Origin: Podarcis filfolensis
Lineage: Eukaryota
Assembly (NCBI GenBank): GCA_964270895.1
Contig: OZ185444.1
Length of the DNA stretch: 64,000 nucleotides
Strand: one strand, 5' to 3'
Under the pieces are notes generated by a model. It saw only the letters and a program-made list of their open reading frames with translations, was not told where the DNA came from and made no database searches. A program made the translations under genes and the position numbers. This document shows positions 51,565-62,312 of this stretch, one piece after another (position 1 is the stretch's first letter; each line of letters starts with the position of its first letter).

Positions 51565-51805
51565 GTGGATTTCTCCGGAGTGCTGTGCCTGCCCCCTTCC
51601 GTCGCTGCTGCAAATGGGCTGGACGGAGGAGGGGCCGGCGAGAATGAAGATGAAGCAGTGTTGGTGTCTCTTTCGGCGGCACCAAGCCCCCAGAGTGAAG
51701 CTGTTGCCAATGAGCTGCAGGAGCTGTCCCTGCAGCCTGAGCTGACCCTAGGTCTCCATCCTGGCCGGAACCCTAACCTTCCTCCACTAAGTGAGAGGAA
51801 GAATG
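51565..51805 (+). CDS. MRTFA: MRTFA long-isoform first coding exon (exon 51544-51805), non-AUG start: V/MDFSGVLCLPPSVAAANGLDGGGAGENEDEAVLVSLSAAPSPQSEAVANELQELSLQPELTLGLHPGRNPNLPPLSERKN(V)
   Basis: cttcag acceptor at 51543, gtaagt donor at 51806; PQSEAVANELQELSLQPELTLGLHPGRNPNLPPLSERKN matches the mammalian MRTF-A N-terminal extension; no in-frame ATG; GTG at 51565 in AAAGTGG context, alternative CTG at 51589. Confidence 0.93.
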
Positions 51806-54800
51806 GTAAGTGGAACAGTAACAGTTCATGCTTTGTGCTTCGTCCCTGACAGTCTTACAAATATTGAAGCAGACTGTTTTTGTACAGGTTTTGGAAGTGA
51901 TGCAGCTTAAATTCTTACCACTGCAAAAGAATCACAGTCAAATTTGCCTATAAATTGTATAAATTATTCAATGGGCAGTAGAGGGTAGTTCTTAAACTAG
52001 TAATATGTATTACACTCAGCAGTTTTCTGCAAGCTGCAGTTGATTGGGATTGGAAGTAACCTGACTGGGAATGCCTTCCATAGTTCACCCCCAAGGAACA
52101 TAAAATTGCATATGGTGGCAGTTCTCCAAGTAGTTTTGATGTGCAGTTGTGTAATTGGAGATCCATATCTGATGGGGATATAAAACCCAGTGCCATTAGT
52201 ACCTACAGAGCTGATCTACTAACACTGAGCTTTGTTATTGCGAAGGCAGGGTTGTTGCCGTGGTGGAGTATTCAAAGCGCTATAGAAAAGCCAAATATTA
52301 TTAGGGTTATTTAGTGTGAGGGCTGGACCATGTTATCCCAAGAGAAAAGCTAAGAATCATTTGCATGCTGTTTCCCTCTCTGGGCTGCCATTCAGTCAGC
52401 AGATCTTGAGTAGCCATGTCAACTTGCCTTCTCGCTGCTGCTGCTGAACATCTGGTCAGTCTAAATCAAACACTTCTCAACCATAATATGATTGTGGAGG
52501 AGGTGACTGACCTGGGGTCAGTCTTGGGTGGGCATGCTCTACTTGCCTGTCTTGGTACTCAGTGCAGCAACAGCATAGGTTCAAGGCTTTGGGGGCAAGG
52601 GATTCCATTCCTCTCCCTCACAGAGGAACCAACCCACCTCAGCCAGATGTGAGGGTTTGTATTTGGTGTTGGGTCAGAGAGACAAATAGGGATCTTGTGG
52701 GTGTTTACCCACTTGCTGCCCAGCTGCCTCCCTTTCTCAGTTGGTAGAGGCAGTCTTGGGGTAGTATTGGAGAACAAGAACAATGGGTTCTGGTGGACTT
52801 GAATGTCCAGCTTGGGGCAGCCTTGGTTAGTCTGGCTCAGGACTTCTTTGCCATTAGAATAGAGTGGGCTGTCTGAATACATCATGGGCTCAGCGTATTT
52901 GCAGATCTGGTTTTTGCTACAGAATAGATTGGAAGTAAACAAGTGTTTGAAGGGGTGAGTGTCACATGGTTTTCATAAATGGATCATGATCTGGTGAGAT
53001 TTGGCTTGGCTGTGACTGACTCCCCCTGCAAGGGTGGGATCCATTGGGTTGGTCCACCCCAGAAGGTGATCTCACAAGCACATCTTTAGAAACCTAGTAT
53101 CTGGAGCAATTTTGCAGTAACTTTAGAAATGAATTTTATGGGCCACATAGAGCTCCTGAGGGCTGTAGTTTGCCCACCTGTGCCATTATTGGTTTGGGGA
53201 AAACTGACCTGATAATATATCCGAAGTTTACATCTGTCTTCATCTTCAGTTGTACAACAGGTAATTTGGGATGTATGATAAAAATAAAATGTAGTTATAA
53301 AGTTAGCATGAAAGCTGCTGTATGTAATACTACTTTTAAAAAAAGCATTTGGCTTTACAGATTTAGGAATATATAATTAGCAGTGTATTTTTACTGAAAT
53401 TATATAATTAGGAATAGATAATTAGTGCTTTTATATTACAATTCCCTATTGAATTCTTAAACCGGAATGTGCAAAGTAGCATAGGTACAGGTAAATGTTT
53501 AATTTGCCATGTCATACACAGGTTTAGCCATGAATGTTTGCTGTCTAGGTGTGATCATTTCCTCCTCATTTTGACCATAGTTGTAACTCTGATAGTGCAG
53601 TGTAAGTGGGCTGCAGTTCATTGTTTAAACACTCCTAGCCTTATCAAATTGGCTCTGGAGTAAACCTGGTGCTGACTGTATGACTAATTCTTATGCTGGG
53701 CAATGGAAAGGATATGCTAGCAGTGGCATGAGGTAGTCATTACAAGGGGCAGAAAAAGTTAACTGTTATTGTTGTTAAGGATTCTTCTGAAGGATTCTTC
53801 TGTTCTCAACTCCAGACACAGTCTGCTGAGTCAGAATTGAGTTTACTTAATGTGCTGAGTAGCCTCCCAGGAGGTTAACCCTCAGTGTGCCTTACATTGC
53901 ACACGTTTTTATAGAAAAAATGTATTTACATAATCTTTTACTAGGAAATGCATACATTTCAACCTCAAAGTCTGAAATGATTACATTTGCATTTGTCTGT
54001 AATGTGGTTCTCCTTGTAATGTTGATGTGCCTGGTAGTTCTGCAAATTGAAGAACAATCTTGGCTCCACAAATATGTATGAACTCCATTTTCTTAGTTAC
54101 CTAGTATGATCATATATTGCTGTAAGTTCAATACCTCAAGACTGGAAACATACAATATGTTAACGAGAATAAACACCATATCATTTCAAAACTCTGTGTT
54201 ACAAACAAAATTGGCAAAAATATATTTGGTTACTAAAAGAAAGCTGTGCTCCAGGAATGTCAGTACTGTATAGCTCAATGAAGATGTCAAACCTGTATGC
54301 AGTAGCTTTGAAAAAGACAAATTCTATGCCAGGGATCATTAGCAAGGAAAGCAAGCAGAGGGTCACCTGTTAAGGATTGTTGTACAATTTAATATGTGTA
54401 AAAATCAATGCCCAATAACCTTCCACCTTAGGACAAGTCCACCATAAGTGATATAAGGTGCCTTTGTCCTTGCAGCCTCCCTAACACATAAAAGAATGGT
54501 TCTGATTTATATAACTCGGCAGGACCAAAGTCGAAAGCCATCTATGAATGAGCTTTAATCCAGCTGAATTCAGGTAGACTTGGTTTGGATTGCAGCCTTA
54601 ACGGTTTTGCTTCCTGGTAGCAATATGTTTTCATGCAGCTCTCAAAAATAATTCTTGTATGCTATTTTTTAATTTCGTAATTTTGGCTTTCACTTACAAT
54701 CAAATGATCACATCACCGTTTCCCTGTGCTTCATCACTTGTACAGCCTTAGTCAACAGAAGTTGTAATCTTTCATATGTCCTCAGGCCATAAAGCTTGCG

Positions 54801-57676
54801 ATTGTATCAGTCTGGGTCTGTGTTGGTTGGTTCTTTCACATTCCTGGCTGTTCGGCTCTCCAGATTGTGCATTGTTAGTCGCATAACTGATCAGAAGAGA
54901 CTGGGTAGAACTTGCAGTAGCTTGTTAATCTGCATTGACATGCATAGCTTAGGAGTTTTCACTGTGTAGAAAAGGAGCCCATTCTGGAGAAACTCAGCTG
55001 TTGGGAATGTACGGAATTTCAGTCTTGAGACACTTCATGAAATGAACTTAATGCCTCAGGTAATGGAGAGTTTCCACTCAGCTATACAATGTTTGGGGCT
55101 CTTTCAAACATGCTGTGAAATTCTGGACATATTGTTCTGGAACTGGAATTTGTCATAGCTAGTGCAGGGTCAGTGTTTAGTATACCTAATAGTTTTTTCA
55201 GCCTTTGATCCCCTGGCTATTCGTTTTCAAGAGATCCATGAATGTTGCTTGCAGATGTGAACAGTGTGCATTTAATGCTGGAAAAACCCACAAGGATCTT
55301 TGTGGAAGCCTGACAAATAATGAAGTTGCCTTGATTCAGCTTGAATCATCAGATAATTGTGCCACAGCACCACCAAAAGTCAACAGATCTAAATCAAGTT
55401 TTTTCTCTCTCGTTTCAGTTCAGACCAAAGGAAATTAGATCATAGCTTTGCCCTGCATTTTTTGTGCCCATGCAGCCTTTCCCAGACACATTATGCAAAT
55501 GAAACAATGTGCTGATAGAATGACAATGAATACATTTGACAAAGTTTTGGAGGTCTATCCAGAGGTATATACTGTGCTTTTTTTCTTTAAAAATGTTTAG
55601 GGGTACTCTCATTTTCCTACGCATATTGAAATACTACCCCTCAATGAGGCCAAACTTAGATTCACAAAAGGTTTGGTTGTATGTGTACCCCCAGAAAAAA
55701 GCACTGGGTACATAGAAGCATAAGAACTTGAGCAAAATTTAATTTGTATATTTGAATAAACAAATGGGCAACTGGAGCATGTTGATTTCAGAACTGGAAG
55801 GAAATGCAGCTCTTCTGTGGTAGCATTTGTTTGGTTTCCACCATGAGAAAGGATAGCCTAGCAGACTGCCTCTCCCTGGTGCAGCCAAAGCCAATCTTTT
55901 AAGATCTGAGAAACTCCTGCTCATCATTCCATGACCAACGTGGAATGCCCGCTTTGAATAATTCATGAGAGGAAGACAGTAATGGCATAATACTCTTTTT
56001 TTGTGTGCACTGCTCAGCGTTATTTGTGAAATACAGTTGCATTTTCTGTTGATCTTGTTTCAAAGGAAAATTTGTTGAATGTTTTATTTTTATTTTTAAT
56101 GTAAACTTTGTAGAGATTTTTAAGTGGTCAAATTTTTAATAAATAATACTTCATCTGACTGATGCCTAATTGACTTTTAGATTCATTAAGTGATACTACA
56201 ATAATATAAAGTATCTTCTGGATATTTATATTTATGTTAAAATACACTTGCTTCATGTTCTCCCATGACAATATACACACTCTGTGTAGAAGAAGACCCA
56301 TTAAGAGGCTCTTATTTTGGTCCCGGTGCACTCAACCTTGTATCTGAGAAACTTGGCCTCAAGTCCCATCTTGGCTTCTGTGCTTGTGCCAGCTTTTGAT
56401 CCAGTTGCAACCTCTTGGCCTCAATTTGTTGTATTTAAAATGGGTGTGATATCAGCTTGCAAGTTAGATTTGTATAAGGGTGAATACAAATGTTATGAAA
56501 TGTGCAACAAACTAAAAATGTGATATAAATAGTTAAGTGCAGTGTCAATAATTCCTTTTCAAGATACTGTGTATCATTGTGCAGCAGTCGCTTGTGTGAT
56601 AGCAAATTTATTCCAGGATCTCTTTGGTTTGTTCTGGTTAGTGCCCCCCAATTCTGAAGGTAGTAATAGCTTTAGAATTACATTTACGCTAGAATTATTT
56701 CAGTATTTAACTTTAGCAAAGAGTAACAGTCCCTATTAGAGTCAGCTTGAGGAGGGGGAATCTTGGAACAAAAGCAATCGAGTAATCCCAACTATGCTAT
56801 TTGAAAAAGTATAGAGCATTTTTTTAAGTGCTGTGCATGGCACAGAATATTCTGAGACACATGTCATAATGCTAGAAATGTTTCAAATGTCTCTTTGGTT
56901 TTTGTGTCGTTTTAAAAAAGCAATCCATGGTTTCAAGAAATTAAATTCATGAGATATAAATTCCTCCAGAAAGAAAGCACATTTAAAAAGTTAGTATTAT
57001 ACTATAACCTACTAAGTTCATAACTTGCTTTGTCTAGGAGAACTACAGGAGAGGGGTGGAAAGGCAGTTGCTGTAATACATTTATTTTATACTAAATGTT
57101 TAAATTAGCTGTTGTAATAAACTTAAAATAAATTTCCTCCTGGAGACAAGAAATAATGACCAAGTAAAATGGGAGTGAACTCCATTGCTACATTTCTCAG
57201 CCTGATTGTCTCATCTGTAAATATTGTTGGATGCAACATGTGTCAGAGTTATTGTACTTCTTGTGGGCTGCAATTTTCAAGCTATGTGAATGTCTCAGTT
57301 TAGAGGGTCATGTGGGTGTACTAATTCCTGGAAGAGAACTCCCTCATTGGTATAGTCCTCTGGGGAATTTAAGAGTTCACATGCAACCTCCTCTTCCTTT
57401 CTCAAACAAGAGGGATTGTGCAAGGAAGCTGTTCACAGAAGGGAGTTCTGAAGGGATCCTTGCTTGCTGCAGCTCGAATCTTTTGGAATTTCTGTAGCTT
57501 GATTTTGCATTGTACCGGTAGAGTGGATAACCTTGGAAATGCACAGAAAAATATCACTTCTTAGTGATAATCTATAAGGATTTGCTTTTAGAAAGAAAGT
57601 CTTGAATGAGTCTGAATCTGCAATCCTTCCTGTATTTTCATTTCATGGATAGTTTCCCTTGAGAAAAGGATTTGGT

Positions 57677-57722
57677 ATGATTCTGCTGGAACCAGAAACT
57701 ATATTGATGGCAGTTCAATCAG
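57677..57722 (+). CDS. MRTFA: MRTFA short-isoform (MKL1_S/BSAC-type) alternative first coding exon: MILLEPETILMAVQS(V)
   Basis: ATG ATT CTG CTG GAA CCA GAA ACT ATA TTG ATG GCA GTT CAA TCA G|gtaact; phase-1 donor identical to exon 3; resembles mammalian MTLLEPEMLMMAVQS. Confidence 0.88.
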
Positions 57723-59541
57723 GTAACTTCCCTTTAGTTAAACAATGTTAATGTGCAAGCAGTACCAGGATCTGGGGAGTGGAACAGAATGTAGAGGTGA
57801 TTTTTTTAAAATAAAAAAAGGTTGTATGTATTTCAACTTTGAGATTTCCTCCCCCATAAGTTCAAATGTTTGAACAATGAGATCACTTCTCTGAATTTCA
57901 AGCAAATAGCTGCCAACCCTTGGGTTCTTTAATGAACTAAATTTTACTGGGAAAGACTCCTCTCCTGATTACTGGCTGTGAGCATGCAGGCTACAGGTTT
58001 TAACTTTTGAGGAGTTCTGCTGGGAGCACTTGGACTAATCTTTGGGAATTTGCTTCTGCTTTTTATAGAATTTTACTTCTACAAAAATTGTTTTTTTGCT
58101 TACGTTTCAAATTCATTGTATGACAGCATGGTTAGTAAAAATTCTTGTAAAGATCCACTCTCATATGATTAAACTGTGTGAAATGAAGAGATTTGATACC
58201 TTTCCAAAGTAAGGATGTACATATACAGTACCTTTTTCCTGTAAAAACACTTGCAGTGGAAATTGAGTGCATGCCCTGTTAAAGTTAGGGATTGTCTAAC
58301 GTGTTGTCTAATGGCAATGCAATATTCTCTTGTTTACAAGAGGTCCAGAGAATCAGCTCTCTTGTGCTAGTGGAATGTTTTGTTCAGATAACTCCTTAAG
58401 AAAGCTGTTTATCCCTTGCACACTGGACAATTCCTACATTCTTTTTTTTAAAAAAGATGAGAGTGGGAATAATATACAAGTCCCAGTTGTTCGGGGTGGG
58501 GTGGGGAATTGCCTTCTTTACTTTGTTCTTTCTAAAAAGTTATGCTAGGGTCTGCAGCCAGGCTAGTTCTTCTAGACATTTATGGATCAGTAATAAAACA
58601 CAGGAAGTGAAATTTGGAACAAAGGACAATTTTTAGAGAGTGGTATACTGTTATGATCTGTGTTGGGATTGATGGCTCCTGTTGGGGCATGTAGGAGAGG
58701 GATTGGAGCAGGAATAGCAAAGAGTCTGTCATTCATTGTCGATTTTTAAAGGAATTTTTACCAAGACCTTTTGTAAGTGCCACAGGGTGTACTGGAGGGT
58801 GCACTGGCAATCCCAAACATGTCTGAACATGTTGTCCAAACCTATCCTCATGGTTTAGCTCACTCCAGAATAACCAAAAGCTGTAAACCAAGAACCAACA
58901 TTGGATATGGCTTGTGGTTAGTCTGGAGAGAAGTAAACAATGAATTGCAGTTTGTTGGACACACCAAGCAATGACAGCTTAGCAGAATGATGGAATGAAG
59001 GGGCTGTGATCTCCTCAAATGACCACATGCTAACACATTGTACTAAGCCACAATTTGGCTTAGCTTGATGTGTTAACTAGGCCAACATGAGCCAGGAAAC
59101 TATGGCTTAAATCCTGCTTGCAATCAAGTGTCTGATCAGGGTTCATTAACCTGAAGAGAGCCATACAGTTGTAGTTTGAAGCTGTGTGTGTTTAAATTCT
59201 GTAACGCTAGTGATTTTTTAAAATAATATAAAGTAATTTTTGAATGTGGCCCTCCTCTCTCAACCATTTCCACTGGAAATGCACTAAAGTCTAATGCACA
59301 CTATTATAGGATGGTGTATGAAACACAATTTATGAAATTATTTGGCATTAAATATTTGCTGAAAGCTACTTGCTTTTTTAAAAAAAGCCTTTACTAAAAA
59401 CAACTTGAGTGCTGTAGCTCTGTCAGTGTTTGGTTTATATGAGTAGATAAGTTTCCGTAAACCTTGTTGCATGTGATCATATGTGTCAGGTTCCTTTTTT
59501 CTGTTTTAAAGAAACTAGTTCCAGTTATTTAAATAGATTCT

Positions 59542-59544
<3 letters not shown>

Positions 59545-59585
<41 letters not shown>
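59545..59585. repeat. (AC)n microsatellite
   Basis: About 20 AC units. Confidence 0.95.
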
Positions 59586-59587
<2 letters not shown>

Positions 59588-60076
59588 TTTTTCTTAAGTT
59601 ACTTCCTTTCATTTTGTCAGTGTGCTGTCCTAGTTTGCAGCTTCCTCTGCAGATAAACTGGAATCGAGGTTTTCCCCCTTCAAAACATTCCCGGCATGTC
59701 CAGTGTTTGGGATGCACCTATTTTTTAAAGTATCTTGGTTCCCAGAAAAAGAACTACTTAAGATTTGTCTTTCAAACTCTGTTTGGCTGATGTCATAAAC
59801 CAGTTCCAGCTGTCTTAGATTAAAGCAAATGCTGATAGTGAAGAGGGATTTCCATGGCATTCTAAAATAGGATGTGTGGGATGTACACTCAACATCCATT
59901 GTAGCTTATGAGGCCACTGCTGCTTAAAAAAAGAAGTGTGTGTGTTTATATAGGCATAAAATCACAATTTGAGTTATGGCTTAAAACAGGTGTGGGGAAC
60001 TGGGTCGGGCTGGCGGGCTGGATTCTGTTTCCCACACCCCATGGGCCACTTTGACAAGTGGTCAGGGCTACCCACC

Positions 60077-60583
60077 TATTATTCTTTGGCGATCACTTGT
60101 AGCAGAGTAAGATTGTCTTCCCTGAACACGGTCTTAACAGTGAGTCCGTAAGTGACTGTGGAGGCCAGTTCTAGATCCACACGTCCTTCCACAGTGGGGA
60201 CATAGGTTTCCAGGTGGGAGTTGATCGCAGTGAGGGTTTGTCAAACGTGCCTTCCTCTTGGCATGTTTTCTCCCTTTCGTCCTGAGTTCGAGCGTCTTCA
60301 AAGTCCATGACACCTTTGGTAAAAGCTGTTCTCTAATTGGAGCGATTGCAGGCCAGTGTTTCCTAGTGTTTCTTACCTTATCTTATATTTGCCTTGAGAG
60401 AGTCTTTAAACCACTTTTGTTGACCACGAGCATTACACTTTCCATTTTTAAGTTCGGAATAGAGTACGGTAGTTGCTTTGGAAGACAAAACCAGGCATCA
60501 GAAAAACATGACCAGTCCAACGAAGTTGATGTTGAAGAATCCTTCCTTCAACACTGGTGATCTTTGCTTCTTCCAGTACGCTG
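60077..60583 (-). mobile_element. RTE-clade LINE 3' end (5'-truncated) with C2H2 zinc-finger relic
   Basis: Minus strand SVLEEAKITSVEGRILQHQLRWTGHV ... ETLAC..RTAFTKGVMDFEDAR ... CPHCGRTCGSRTGLHSHLRTHC*. Confidence 0.85.
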
Positions 60584-60925
60584 TTGACCATGGTACCCTC
60601 ATGGAACAGCCCCATAGAATGGAAATTGGGGGCACTGTGTTAGTCATTCTGGTTCTACCTACTTGGCGAGGTCCAGAGAATAGTTTTGGAGAGTGCTTTT
60701 TGCCTTTGGCAGTTATGCTTTGGGGTTCCACAGAGCACTCTTTTATCCCCAGTGCTTTTTAATATCTATATGAAGCCATTGGAAGTGGTCATTTGGAAAT
60801 TTGGGGCAAAGTATCATTTGTATGCTGATGACACTCAGCTCTATTTCTCCATTGCATCTGAATGAGGAGAGACACTGGGGGCCCTGCACCAGTGCCTGGA
60901 TGCAGTCGGCTATATGAGGGTATAA
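60584..60925 (+). mobile_element. L2-clade LINE RT fragment
   Basis: DHGTLME..MEIGGTVL, GVPQSTLLSPVLFNIYMKPL, YADDTQLYFS (YADD at 60821-60832). Confidence 0.88.
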
Positions 60926-61999
60926 GCTGAGCTCTAGACAAGGCTGCTGTTGACATTCAGACAACTTGCAGGAGACACTGTGTGCTGTCTTCACATGCTG
61001 CTAGGCATCTTCTGAAATGAGAAGATAATCTTGAAGTGCCAATTGCTTGAGTTTCCTTCCTTACTGCTGCTTTTGAACATCCAAACTCTGTAGTTTAATT
61101 ACTACATAATCCTTCATCTTTCTAGTTCACTACCTTCCATTAAAATGGAGTGCCCATGCTTGGCGTATTACATAATCTCTGTTTGAAATAGTCCACACTT
61201 CTAAGGAACTGTACTTGGCACTTGGCTTAAACCCACTTCTGACTCTTGTATTGATTTTCCAGAACTATAGTCTTAGTTGAACAACCATCTTCCTTCAGCT
61301 ATATACCCCCGCATCTTCCCCACCCTTTGGCACTAAGATCTTCCTTCTTCTAGCTTTCATTTTTTCCTGGCAATTTAGAGCTTGCAGGGATCTTTTGCTT
61401 ATGCCTAGATACTATATATGAGGGTGGGGGCCTTGTGGGTTTTAAAAAATGCATCCCATAGTTTTTTTACCTATGGTTATGCTCTTAATGTTGGAAATTA
61501 CTTGATGTATTTTATGTAACAAGCAACTAACAAGTTCAATAAATAATAATAAGCTTAGAGCAGGCGTTCCCAAACTGTGGTCCATGTTGGTGGTTTGTGG
61601 TGTATCTGTGAAGAATGACAGGAGCAGCAAGTGTGCCATCATTCTAATACTCTGTACTGTCAGCAGGGGTGCCAACTTGAATAAAATATTTTTTGGGGGG
61701 AGGGAGGTAAGCCCCACCATCCATGATTGATTACAAGATGCCGCACACACAGGGCATTTGAATGGCAATGCCCATCAACTTGGGAGGGGGCTGGCCCCCC
61801 TCAAATTCTTTATTGGAGAGACTGAAAGGACCTCAGCCCCTAGAAGTAGGCAGCTATGATGGGAAGTGAGCATGCTGCTTGGAAGTATTTACTGTTTAGG
61901 GAAGCTTTTAATGTTTGATGGATTACTGTATTTTAGTATTTTGTTGGAAGCCACCCAGAGTGGCTGGGGAAGCCCAGCCAGATGGGTGGGGTATAAAAA

Positions 62000-62032
<33 letters not shown>

Positions 62033-62194
62033 GGCAGCTAATGGAAATAAATGCACATTTACAAAACATAGTTTTCATGAAGGATGTCTGTTAATAGTTA
62101 TTAGCCTCAGTGACTATGTTCTGCCTTCACTGTTCGAGGCGCTATGCTTCTGTATACCAGTTGCTGGGAATGAACAAGTAGAAGGTGAATGCTT

Positions 62195-62312
62195 TTGCAC
62201 TGAAATCCTGCTTGTGGAATTCCCACTTGTATCTGGTTGGCCACTGTGAGAACAGGACGTTGGATTAAGTGAGCTTTTGGTCTGATGCAGCAGGGCTTCT
62301 TTATGTTCTTAA
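62195..62312 (+). mobile_element. Squam3-type SINE 3' fragment
   Basis: ATCTGGTTGGCCACTGTGAGAACAGGACGTTGGA..GGTCTGATGCAGCAGGGCTTCTTTATGTTCTTA tail. Confidence 0.6.

Noticed and set aside
52380-53090. 127-aa minus-strand ORF and compositionally distinct block in an MRTFA intron
   Set aside because: No recognisable motif, termini or splice signals; may be an old repeat but I cannot assign it
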